Shown one piece after another: positions 52,465 through 63,773 of a stretch of 64,000 bases of DNA. Position 1 is the stretch's first letter, and every line of letters starts with the position of its first letter. This DNA is from Camelus dromedarius (lineage: Eukaryota): the NCBI RefSeq assembly GCF_036321535.1, contig NC_087472.1, positions 94,800,001 to 94,864,000 on the forward strand, written 5' to 3'. The position numbers were made by a program, and so were the translations under genes. A model generated the notes under the pieces. It saw nothing but the letters and a program-made list of their open reading frames with translations, had not been told where the DNA came from and made no database searches.

Positions 52465-52754
52465 CAGTAAACACAAGGTCTAATTTTTTAAGATTTAATT
52501 TGTCTTACTTTCTTGAATAAGCTAAAGACTAAAAGGAACAAGGAAAACAAGGAAGATTGAATCACATTTTACTTTTTTTCTATTCCCTTATCCTAACTAT
52601 TTTACTATAGGATTCTTTCACATTAATAAGAATATAATTCCTATTATGATGTTATATTTTCTTGTCTGGGGGATAAAAAACCTTAAACTTCAGTAAGGGT
52701 GGGAAGATACTGCTGGGCATGGCCCTGGAAGCCGCAGTGACTTTGGCAGTAGTG
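52465..52754 (-). other. MAGEB 3' UTR and polyadenylation region
   Basis: Shortened MAGE-type 3' UTR. ATTAAA at 52494-52499. The position homologous to the usual AATAAA reads AAAAAA (52484-52489). An L2-like remnant follows at ~52370-52460. Confidence 0.65.
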
Positions 52755-53717
52755 TCAGCCCTGGCTGTGCATGGCTTCGGCTCTCTCTTCCTCATCTCGC
52801 AAAGCTTCTTCATAATAAGATGGGAAGGCACTGGGAACTGTATCATTGACCTTGGCCAAAAATTCCAAGACTTTCATTTTGCTGGTTTCAGCGTGGGCTT
52901 TTGGGCCCCAGAGGAATTCAAAGCGTGGAGGATCACTGTCGGGCACCTGGCGGTACTCCAGGTACTTCAGCCTCACTAAGTCTTTGGTGATGAGCTTCCT
53001 GGGCTCCCCGTAGATGAAGTGCTTCCTCCCAGCATAGACTCCCATCATACTCAGGAATCTCCAGATGTCTTCCTCGGCGGCACAGTTGCCCTTTATGAAG
53101 ATCATACCCAGGAGATTCATCAGGAGACCGGTCTTGGGTAACCCCCTGCCAGCACGCACCCTCCCATTGTTGGGGAGTTTCAGCTTGCTGACAAGATCAT
53201 AGTGACTGGTTGAGTCGACTTCCTTCACATCTACTGCAAAGACCATCTCAATGCGCTCAGAGGCTTTCTTGAGAATCTCAACAAATCGGTCGTGGTAGTT
53301 TTGGTGGACCATCTTCAGCATGTCTTCCTTCATAATGGGCTGCTTCATTTTATACTTGTACAGAAGGAACTGCTCCAACAACCCAGCCTTTCTGGTTAAA
53401 AAATCACTTCCTGAGCTCTCACTGTAGGGTAGGGCTGCAAAGGCGATTGCCCTATCATCAGGTTGGCCATTGGAATCGTCATCAGATCTAGTGGAAGAAA
53501 TGCTTGCAGAAGTAGTGGTTTGAGGCCCCTGAGAAATGCTACACGATCCAGCAGCCGGCAGACTCTGGATAATGCCTCCACACTGAGGAGAGGACGGAGT
53601 GGACTCCTCTTCTGCCACTGCTGTGGCCTGAGCACCCTCACAACTCAGGGTCTCATCTTGGGCCTGATGGCATTTCTCATCAGCATGGTGCTTAGTCTTA
53701 TGACTCTGAGGCATCAT
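52755..53717 (-). CDS. MAGEB5: Melanoma-associated antigen B5-like (type I MAGE-B), single coding exon, 320 aa
   Basis: Uninterrupted ORF with a MAGE N-terminus and full MAGE homology domain (FLLYKYKMKQPI, LPKTGLLM, HFIYGEPRKLIT, YLEYRQVP, FLWGPKAHAETSKMKVLEF). GLLEQFLLYK and YDLVSKLKLPNNGR match human MAGEB5 as I recall it. The family call is firm; the exact paralog is less so. Confidence 0.9.
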   Translation of the reverse strand: MMPQSHKTKHHADEKCHQAQDETLSCEGAQATAVAEEESTPSSPQCGGIIQSLPAAGSCSISQGPQTTTSASISSTRSDDDSNGQPDDRAIAFAALPYSESSGSDFLTRKAGLLEQFLLYKYKMKQPIMKEDMLKMVHQNYHDRFVEILKKASERIEMVFAVDVKEVDSTSHYDLVSKLKLPNNGRVRAGRGLPKTGLLMNLLGMIFIKGNCAAEEDIWRFLSMMGVYAGRKHFIYGEPRKLITKDLVRLKYLEYRQVPDSDPPRFEFLWGPKAHAETSKMKVLEFLAKVNDTVPSAFPSYYEEALRDEEERAEAMHSQG

Positions 53718-53766
53718 CAGGGACAGCAGGAAGGAGTACAGACAGGAGGTCAGGAGATGTGGACAC

Positions 53767-53785
53767 CTGGAGGAAGGAGAATATG
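53767..53785 (-). promoter_or_regulatory. Splice acceptor of the MAGEB coding exon
   Basis: Minus strand TTCTCCTTCCTCCAG|GTGTCC; the exon would begin at 53766, about 50 nt before the ATG. A second acceptor, CACAG|GGTTCTGAGGGGACAGG (typical MAGE penultimate exon start), is at 53914. Confidence 0.7.
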
Positions 53786-53919
53786 ATGCTGAGCACCTTC
53801 AGCAGGGAGCTTCCACCTTGGCTTTAACTAAGGCTGCCTCTGCAGGTTTCCTTGAGGACACACTGCTCTAGGACCCCACAGAGTCTGTTCTGGTCAACCT
53901 GTCCCCTCAGAACCCTGTG

Positions 53920-55950
53920 GAGGATGTTAGAGGGAACCTTAGACTGCAGCCTGCCAGCCCTGCCTGGGGTATACTCGGGTAACAGCAGAGGCTACCAGTG
54001 GGGAGCCTATGTTCTGGGGTGTGAGGGTCTTCTCAGTTTATAGTCAGGATCATCATGTCAACTCTTGGCAGGTCCTAGGCCTCCTCTCTTCTGATGATTT
54101 GAAGTTGACACCACAAACCAAAGTCAGCACCTCCCTGAGACCCCAGAAGAGGAAGTGAAGGGGTTCCTTAGCCCCATCTCTGTCATGGGGCACCCAACAG
54201 AGAGCCATGTGGAGCTCTCTCCTTCATGGGCTGCTTGGGTCCTCAGTTCACGTTCAGGGTACTCACCCAGTCTCCAGGTGATACCTGATTCACCTCCTCT
54301 CTGCTGATTGGTGGTTGCACTCTCATACTAAAGTTCTTTTCTTAGATTTGATGTAAATAAGTGAGGGTAAGCCTCAGCCTGATAACCCTGACCAGAGCCT
54401 TCATATCTAAATGCAAATGTGGCCCAGATTTTTTGCTATCTATTTCAATGGTTGGTGGTCCCCTTAATCTTTTCTTTAATCTCTGGCATAGTCTGAGACT
54501 TCTCTCTTCCTGCCAGCACCTCCTGAGACACACCGACCCTACTCCCGGAGGCGGGGGTGGGGGGGTTTGGGGGCGGGAGGCGAGGGGCCGGTGGGGTTGG
54601 TTATGAGGGTTGGCCCACCTGCTCATGGTCTCCAAGGCTGAGAATAGGGGTTGGATTCCCTTGTACTCTAGTTGTGGGGACATCCCCACAGACATCATGG
54701 TCCTTAAGTTAACTCCTGGAAAGATCTGGAAATCCTCCTACTGTGGAGGATAAACCACCCCTTATGAACAAAATCTCTCACTCCCTACCAAGTCTCTCCT
54801 CCCCCTCCTTCCCTGGCCTGCCTCCCCACTACCTTCACCATCCTGCCTTCTTTCCGGCTCTCCCCTGCCGCCCCCCACCCTTCCTGTGATACTGCAGGAG
54901 AAAATGAGTGTCAGTCATCACGTCACCAGTGCACAGACACCCCCGGCTGCCAGCAGAACGGGAATTCCCTCAGTCCTCCCGTGGGGTCCTTATTTTGATT
55001 CCTGACCACGCCTGGGATGCTTTCTTCTGCTAACTTGAGACCGCTCCCCTCAAACCAACGTCCTCACATCCCTCAGCCCCTCCTTGCAGAAGCCCGCCGG
55101 ACGCAAGGGCTTCCCAGGCTTGACAGAAACTTCAAGTTCTGTGCCACCTTACTGTTCTGGGGTTAAGGTCCCCTCAGACCTCTCTCAGGGTTCCATCCTT
55201 GATTTCCTTCAGGGCCAGGCCCTACTCTTCCTGATCTACCATGTGGGAAAGGAAGGCTCACATCCACCCGACCACCATGCTTGGGTCCTCTGAGAGCGGC
55301 AAGCAGGACGCCACTGGGACTCCCTGCTGAACTTTCCTCACCCTGACTCTTGTTGGGGGTCTTCTCCTTCCTCAGCTGAGTTGGGGCCGCCCACTTACAC
55401 CAAGGCCCTCACCTCCCTGAGGAACTTCCCGGCGGAACTCTCCCTCAACCTGACTGCTTGGCCCCCCCGGCCCCCCAGGACCGAGAACAGGGGCGGGGCT
55501 TTGCGGGGAAGGCAGAGGCCCTCTTCGGCGTGCCGGCGCTTCATTCAGTCCCCTCACCTCGATTCCTGCTAGAGCCTGGAACTCCTCTCTTGCCTGAAGC
55601 CGCCCGCCGTAGACAGTCTCCCACCTTCCTCAGGCCTTCTGGGAGGAAGCAGCTGTCACCTCACCACTGGCAGAGCCTTGATCTCTGGCGCCCCCTCTGT
55701 TCTGGGGTGGAGAGCACCGTCAGTTCCACACACAATTCTCAATTACACTCTTTTCAGGACCTTGGGTACGTCCCTCGGCCACTGCCCTTACAACAAAGTC
55801 CTCGCCTCCTTGAGACCGTCCTTGCAGAAAGCTGCCTGACAGCCTAGGTCTCAGAGCAGGCGAGGGGAATTCTCTGCATGACTCGCTATACGACTGGTGG
55901 TGGTCTCCTCAGGTCCCGTCATTCATCCGGGCCCTCAGCTCAGCTCACGT
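53920..55950 (-). promoter_or_regulatory. GC-rich MAGE promoter and 5' non-coding exon region
   Basis: High GC with CpG clusters (55000-55930), a GC box GGGGCGGGGC at ~55490, Ets-like GGAA cores (54851, 55425), and candidate minus-strand donors GTGAGG/GTAAGT/GTGAGT near 55408, 55393 and 54261. Confidence 0.65.
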
Positions 55951-56314
55951 TTCTTTAATGAAAGGCTTCCAAGGAAATGCCACATCCCGACCAACTCTTG
56001 AGTACTGTCTATACTGTAAATCTTACGGAGAATGGATCTGTGTCCCAGGAATGCTGTGAGATGCAGAAGCTGAAGAGCAAGATAGAGGTCTTAGATAGGA
56101 GGTGAGCTGTGAGAGAGAAAACAAAAAGCACCCTGGTTTATTTCTTCTTTTTACCACCCAGACTTGGCCTCTAATGTAACTTCTGTTCTACAACACTTAC
56201 ATACTATAGGAAATGGGCTGAGCCTGATAATTTTGTGAGACCCTATCTTTTAAGGTTAATTGACACTGCATATGTAGGTGATCATATTGTTATCAGATAT
56301 TATATCCTTCCTTT

Positions 56315-57037
56315 CATTATTCATATCTCTCATTTACTTTGGTATTTGGTATTCTTATTGCCCTGGCTCTGTATTCCAATCTAGTACCTTTTTTTTCCTT
56401 TTTTTTTTTTTTACGTTTTTTTTAGTCAGCTAAGATTTTTTGGAGTAGTGAGAAGAAAAGTAAGTAAAGATACACAAGGTCAGCTTCAGGGTGAGAGTGG
56501 TGGAACAGTGTGTGCCCTAGACAAATTCAGACCAGGAGTCTAGTCTAGCTCTGTCACATACCACCTTTTGAATATGAGAATATTGCAAGTTCTTCATCTG
56601 CCAACTGAATTTGATAAACTCTCTCCTGTAAGACTGTGGGAATGTATGTCCTGTGTATAAAGCATCTGTCAAAATGACTGGCAAATATTGGGTGTTTCAT
56701 GAATGACAGTTGTGATTATTTTTACCTAGACAATATCACCCTCCTATGTAAGAATGTTTTCTTAAATCCAGCATATGTTAGAGAAAATGCAATGCTCTCA
56801 AACCCAAAGCTCCTAGAATTTTGTCATGCACCAACTCTTTCTGTCCTTTCCAACTGTCCTTCTATATAAACCACATCCATTTTCATTTGTCCCTTACCCA
56901 CCAAAATCTAGCTCTCTTAGAATTTACCAAATTACACTGAAGATAACCTAATTAAAATGCTATTTTAATGCATGAGAATCTGGCTCTACCAGTTCAAGGC
57001 AGAAACTGTCAGCACAGTGGCTCTTGTGCATCTTACC
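56315..57037. repeat. Ancient direct duplication, copy 2 (upstream flank of MAGEB5)
   Basis: See 50690-51522. Homology stops exactly at the LTR insertion at 57038. Confidence 0.85.
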
Positions 57038-57576
57038 TGTTGGGGCTCAAGGCAGTCTGCCCTAAAATATGCCAAAATAGCATATTCATTATTTTGAATT
57101 AAGGTTACTTAAGAAATGGCCAAAGTAAGCAGGGCACTCTGACCTTCCTTTCTGTCTCCCTAAAAGCAGGAAATAAATCTCTCATGTGAAAATGCACTCA
57201 CTGCATCTGAAGGTAGAAGGACACCCTTATCACCAGGAATAGGGAATTCAGCCAGAGAAGCCTCTATAAACAAAACGCCATACTTCTTCAGTTTACTACC
57301 TCAAGCCCAAAGTCTGTGTAGACTCTTCACTTATTGAGCACTTGAAACCTAAGTTTCTTTGTCCTGTCGATTCCTCACAAATTTATTGTTTCTTTGAAAA
57401 ATATAAAAGCTGCCTGCTCTGGCCGCTTCTTAGGTCCCATTTCTAAGAAATCTTTATGTGCATGAATTACAATTTGTTTCTTTTTCTCCTGTTAATCTGT
57501 CTTGTGTCAATTTTATTATCAGTTCAACCATAAGAACTCAAGAAAGGTAGAGGGGGACATATCCTCCTCCCTGACA
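57038..57576 (+). mobile_element. 5' LTR of a MER4/MER34-group-like ERV1 provirus
   Basis: TGTTGGGG...CCTGACA, TATA-like ATATAAAAG at ~57401, and a 3' part similar to the other MER34-like LTRs in the window. Confidence 0.85.
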
Positions 57577-57578
57577 GT

Positions 57579-57596
57579 TGGCAAGCCAGCCCGGAG
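57579..57596 (+). promoter_or_regulatory. Primer binding site, tRNA-Arg(ACG)
   Basis: TGGCAAGCCAGCCCGGAG versus TGGCGAGCCAGCCAGGAG (16/18), 2 nt after the LTR. Confidence 0.8.
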
Positions 57597-59292
57597 GCTG
57601 GCGGGGACCCCCTGCTTCCCACCCTGCTGCAACTTAGGGATCGTGGGACATCTGATACAAGCCGGCAGAAGGTAAGATTTCTTACCGTGTCAGCCTCCCA
57701 GATCTCTGCCTGCAAGGTCTGCGGAAGGGGAAGTAGTGAGAGTCCCCTTCTCGATCTTGATCTCTCTCTTCTCTCTCAGTTTAGATTAGCAGGAGAAAAT
57801 ATTTGTGTAGATAGTTCTTTGGACTTAGGGACACTTGAGCATTCTTTTCCTCCCAGGCATGGTCACTGTGTTTCTTTGTCTCTCTCTATTGCGTCATTTG
57901 TCGTCAGGAGAAAGAACCATAGGGCGGAACAGCAGGCATAGGCCCTATAAGTTTGCTGTTCAAGCCAGCCTCACTGACCGGTGAGTTAACGGTTCACACC
58001 GGACCTGCGTCTACTAAGACAAACTTTGCTGTGGGTCCTCTATGTAAAAACCAGATGAAGTTTTTCCTCCCATCTTCTTCTTTGTCTTGAGAGCTTGACA
58101 TTGTGTCCAGTGAGAATATTCTCTCTGATCCCTCCTATCTGGAAGGTGCATTTACTGGGTGCATCTGGTGGCCAGTCGAATAGACTGGGGTTTCAAGACG
58201 TGAAGTCATCAGAAGGCACTCTCTTTGTCTGGTTGTGCCAGGTCTCAGGGGAGTTTGTCATAAGGGGTCTTGGTCCACGAGGGGCATTTGTTGTCTCAAT
58301 ATTTGTTGCTTGTTAGTGCTGCAAAAGTCATATTCCAGTAGCACCTGCCTGGTATCATAAATTAGCGGGTTTATGGCTAGAGGTGCCCCACATTTTTGTG
58401 GGACACTGGAGACACTGTTTTCACTGCGCCGTTCATACAGCCTGTAGCAATGAAGGGCTTTTACTTTTTTAGGCTAACTCTGAGAATGAACTTTCTGGAT
58501 TTGGTGAGGGCTATATACTCTCTTGTGATAAGTTTCTTGAATCTTTGGTTAAGCAATTTTAAAAATGCTTATTGGTTTGAGTTGCTGTTTGAAATTAATA
58601 TAAGATCCTACTTGCCAATTGCCAGATGATGGATTCTTTAAATTGGCTATATTTAAGAGGAAAAAAATTTTTTGAGAACTCTCATCATAAATATCTGTTA
58701 TATTGGTACTTAAGGGAGGATCAAATTGAAAGGAAAAAAATATATAACTACTGGCATTAAGGAATTCCTTATTATGATTAAAGAAATTAAACTAAAAATA
58801 AAAATCTGATGTAAATTCTCCTTCTTAAAAATTACCCTGTCTCCTCAGTAATTTCCCAGGAATCAGGGAACAAATTAGCTGGAGTCCAATATTCAAGGGC
58901 TAGTAGGAAACAACTGTCTTTGTCTTGTAAATCTCTATAAAACCAAAAGTACAACTCTAGAAGTGAGTCAAAGCCCACCTAACTTTACCAGTCCTAAGGC
59001 CTCACCTATGCCTCTTTAAATGTTCGTAGATACTGTAAAAGATCAGGATATTGGACTAAAATTGTCCTTTACTTTTAAAAAATTAATAATTACCCGAAGA
59101 CCTATGATAATAGACAAATATACTCCAAAACTCCTAGGAGAAAACTTCCAACTTTCTCTGTCCCTTAAAGTTAAAAACCCTATCATGTCTATCAAATGTT
59201 AATACAGCCCACATGGCCTGAGACTGAGTTTGAACTAGCTCAATCTGTAGAACCAAAAACAAACAGGGAAAAACAGGGAAAGGGGCCTTTTT

Positions 59293-60038
59293 TTTATTAT
59301 TGAAGTATAGTCAGTTATGGTGTGTCAATTTCTGGTGTATAGCACAATGTCCCAGTCATGCATATACATACAGATATTTGTTTTCATATTCTTTTTCATT
59401 AACTGTTATTACAAGATATTGAATATAGTTCCCTGAGCTATACAGAAGAAATTTGGGTTTTTTTAAATCTATTTTTATATATAGTGGCTAACATTTGCAA
59501 ATCTCAAACAACCAAATTTATCCCTTCCCACCCCCTTTCCCCTGGTAACCATGAGATTGTTTACTATTTCTGCAAGTCTGTTTCTGTTTTGTAGATGCAT
59601 TCATTAGTGTCCTCTTTTTTTCTTTTTATAGATTCCACATGTGAGTGATATCATATGGTATTTTCTTTCTCTTTCTGGCTTACTTCACTTAGAATGATGA
59701 TCTCTAGGTCCATCTATGTTGCTGCAAATGCATTTTATTTATTCTTTTTTATGGCTGAGTAGTATTCCATTGTATAAATATACCACAACTTCTTTATCCA
59801 GTCATCTGTCAGTGGACATTTAGGTTGTTTCCATGTTTTGGCTATTGTAAATAGTGCTGCTATAAACATTGGGGTGCAGGTGTCTTTTCGAATTATAGTT
59901 CCCTCCAGATATATGCCCAGGAGTGAGATTGCTGGATCATATGGTAAGTCTATTTTTAGTTTTTTGAGGAATCTCCATACTATTTTCCATAATGGCTGCA
60001 CCAAACTACATTCCAATCAACAATGTAGGAGGGTTCCA
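59293..60038 (-). mobile_element. Young 5'-truncated L1
   Basis: Intact ORF2 C-terminal peptide (LVQPLWK...[11 protein letters not shown]...[22 protein letters not shown]) and perfect 14-bp TSD AAAGGGGCCTTTTT (59279-59292 and 60039-60052). Confidence 0.92.
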
Positions 60039-62109
60039 AAAGGGGCCTTTTTAAACACAAACAGCGAAAAGACTGCCTTGCCTGAACAGTCTCCTTAAAA
60101 TTGCTTTTCAAGGGCAAATACAGATCTTAAAAGTCTTCTCCACAAATAATAAATGTCTTTAGCCATTTGAATGAGTACACTTAATTAATTCCAACTGTTG
60201 CTTATAAACTAGTGAGTTTTGGACTGTATCTGATTCATGACTAAAGTTTTAAAATGAAAACTATGAGATCTCTGATTGTGTCTGTCTATATGTCTACACT
60301 GTAAATATGATATCTTTCTACCTCCGGATGATGTTAATTTGTAAAAGGTTTTTTTTAATTGGCTTAAACGAACAAGCACTTATGTAAAAATTCTTAAAAA
60401 TGTAATAAAAACTAACCTACATGGTTTTCAAGTTCACATGATCTAGAATAATCTTTAGTAAATAAAAGCTAATTTTAAGCTTGTTGGTTTAATTAATACA
60501 GGTATATACTCAGAATTAGCATTAAATATATCATGGATAAACATCTTTTGTTCTACCTGAGTTTACTAGTCAAGTGAGGTAATGTCTCTGTTGCAAAGTT
60601 TGTCAGCAAAAAAAACAAAAACAAAAACAAAAAAACCAAAAACCAAAACCAAAAAACCCTTAAGATAATGATTAAATGCTTTAATTACTCAAAAATCTTC
60701 ATAAGTAATCTAAGCATGTTTATAAAGAACAAAATAATTAAATAGATGTCAATGAGATAAGAGTTTTTAGGTGAATTTTTAAGCAATAATTGTTTTATGA
60801 TTTAAACAGTTTCCTAAATTCTTTGGTAATTTACATTCTTAGAGTTTTTCAAAGTTAAATTAAATGATGAGAATTTACTGAATGTCTAGATCATTTCCAA
60901 ATAAGATAAAATACTGAAACATTAATTGCTAAAGAAGTCTAAGTTTGCATACTTTTGGACTCTTATTACAGACACTATGTTTGGGTTGCTTAATAAATAT
61001 ATCTTATGCTTTATTGAAAGATTGTTTTATAAAGTAGCATATATTTCTAGAAATTAAAATGTATTTTTGTTTGCCAAGCCACAAAAAGTTAATACAAATC
61101 ACAATTGTTTACTTCTTTTTTTCACTAAAAAATTAAGATCTCAAAGGATTAAGAATTATAATATATGTCATCAAAACTACAACATATAATAATAGAAATG
61201 GGATGTGCTTTTGAGTAAGGAAAATTATAAGATATGGAGATGGTTTTGTTAAGGAAAAAGAAAGTGATTTTGTCATAAGGCTTGTTATTTCTAAATGGGA
61301 AAGAAAATAAGGGACAAACGAAAATGGGCATAGAAAATTGTCAGTTTTGTTTAAAAAAAAAGAATCTTTGGAAAAGAATTTTATGCATGGTCAGGACTGA
61401 ATAGGTTTGGAACAAATTTAAGTAAATGAGTTTAAGTATCAAAAGTAAACGAGTACAAACTTGGGATTTGGTTTTATCTTTGTTAAAAGAACAAAGTTGT
61501 TTTTGTTTTTGTTTTGTTTTGGTTTATTGATCTGCTCTTGATAAGGGGAGATTAAAAAAGGCTTTTCTTTACCTTGAAGGAATCTGCCCCCCAAAAAGGA
61601 AAAAAATATAATGTCTTGCCGTATTTTTATCAGGTCTTTGATTACTTAAGCAAACCTAGTCCTCTGGATGTTAAAAGAGCTAAATTTTGCTCAGAACCAT
61701 ATAACCATCTATATTTGCCTATGAAGTCTTTAACTGTTATTTTGGTTAAGTTGGTAACTAAACATTGTTTCACAATGATTTATTTGATTAAGTGTTTTAA
61801 AGCCTTTTTTGATATTTTTGACAAACTTCCCCCAAATCAAACTATAAATGAAGTCTTTTTCATGTAGAACTGATTTTGAGATATGAGATATTTCAGAGGT
61901 CTCCTGAAATCTCAAAGATTTGATCTCTCTCCTTATAAAAAGAGTGATTTTAAACTAATTAAAAGTATTTGTTGTATTAAATTACATGGAAGCATTGTCA
62001 AGTAAGAAGTAACATTAAGCCTTTTTATGTTGTATCTGTATATGTATGTGTTATAAGTGTTCCAGAAATTATGTGAAATTACTGGAAGTCTCATATGTCC
62101 TGGCATAAA

Positions 62110-63125
62110 GTGTTGTCTGTCATCAAAATTGAAGCTCACACTAAAAGGACTAAGTGCAAGTATCAGGGAAACACCATAGCTGACTTTTATGCACAGGCAG
62201 CAACAACCAAAGATCCGTAAAGATCTACGAGAGCACATGTGGATGAAACCTATTTTGCTTCTGCAAAAAAAATTGACCCATCACCACCAGACATTTGCCA
62301 TCCTGGTGTCCATATAACATGGCACCAGTCTGTTCAAAAAATGGAGAAATTAAATGGCTAAACAATAGCTATAAATTAAACAAACCATTTGGGGCTGTGA
62401 GAAACCCAAGATAGCCCCTTGGTTCTTTTCATCTCTTTTGCAAACCCCATTTTTTTGTTGTTTTTTTGCATTTCTTAACCCACTATAGTGCACTTAAGGT
62501 GATTCAACTTGTAAATAACAAGGTCCTACTGTATAGCACAGGGAATTACATTCAACATCTTGTAATAACCTATAATGGAAAAGAATATGTATATATAAAT
62601 GTATAACTGAATTACTTTGCTGTACACCAGAAACTAACATAACATTGTAAATCAACTTTACTTCAATTAAAAAAATTGTAAATAGACATTTGTAGGAAGA
62701 TTTCTATAAAATTGTGAAAAGAGTCTACCAGCAGTGTCTACCTGTCAGGTTCATAACCCTGGGAAGGAAAAATAAAAAAATTTTTGTCCACAGAGGCCTC
62801 AGACCTCCTCTTTCTGGATCCTTTGAACACCTGCAACTGAACTTCATTCAATTCCCACTTAGCATGAGTTATCAAAATGTTCTTGTTTTTGTGTGTATAT
62901 TTTCTGGATTGGTTGGAGATTATAAGGCTGATGCCCTCACGGTGGCAAATAAACTGTTAAAAAATGTGTTCGCCACTTGGGGTATACCTTTCATAATATT
63001 CAGGGATTAAGGCACCTACTTCACTGGGCAAATCAAATGAGCCTTAACAAAAACCTTGCAAACTTCTTGAAATTATCACTATCACCCTTAATCATTAGGC
63101 AAGGTCAACAGAACTAATGGAAAAA
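62110..63125 (+). pseudogene. ERV RNase H and integrase remnants
   Basis: VIKIEAHT...GNTIADFYA at ~62119-62193, and FEHLQLNFIQ...VCIFSG...VFATWGIP in ORF 62714-63010. Confidence 0.75.
62518..62675 (+). mobile_element. Very short L1 3' tip
   Basis: ACAAGGTCCTACTGTATAGCACAGGGAA through the A-tail, with TSD TTGTAAATA (62509-62517 and 62676-62684). Confidence 0.85.
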
Positions 63126-63773
63126 CTGAACTCAAGCAGAATAAGAATTAATAACATGGGATGAATAAATTGATGCATATGATTATAATTTTCATGACTT
63201 TTTGTCTAAAATATTTTAATCTTTTGTTTTCCATATATAAGAAATTTTTAAAGACTTCTAGCAATTTGATAAAATATACCTTTGTAAGTAGAATTGAAAC
63301 ATTTATCCTTTTCTCCCTACCTGATCCCTCCAGAATTCAGAAACTCTTAGGGAGTATTCTTATTTTCTTGGCAACACAGTTATTTGCGTAAGTTCAATAA
63401 GAATCTGTTCTCCTTACAACAGGACACAATTGGAAACATTGATTATATTAACAAGGCTTTGACTGGAATGTCCTATTTGACAGAGACACATGTAGATTCA
63501 GATAAGACCAGACAGCTTGAAGGAACTATGGTTGACTTTATGGAGCCATAAAACCCTTGGAAAACCAGCCTGGGACCTTGCTGACCGAGTTCCCAGCAGC
63601 CTTACCAGGTAAGGAAGGTCACTTCCAGGCAGGTGCAAGAACTTCAGGATATTTTGAGGACCTCAAGAAGAAACAATTTCACCCAAGTCTATAGGTAAAA
63701 AGGCAAGTCTGATGACAAATCTTTGGCATGGCTCCCTGGCCTTGAGAGGCTATTAAAATTTCATTCTAGAGGC

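Larger units (their letters stand above)
57577..63773 (+). mobile_element. MER4-group-like ERV internal region (AT-rich, non-autonomous), probably continuing past the window end
   Basis: Follows the LTR and PBS, with a leader donor AAG|GTAAGA at ~57671, long AT-rich sequence and pol remnants at 62110-63125. Confidence 0.75.

Noticed and set aside
53767..53816. Possible GT-AG intron between two MAGE 5' exons
   Set aside because: Only 50 nt with a weak donor (AAG|GTGGAA), too short to assert without transcript data.
54342..55847. Pro/Gly-rich ORFs upstream of MAGEB5
   Set aside because: Expected by chance in GC-rich promoter DNA; no recognisable domain.
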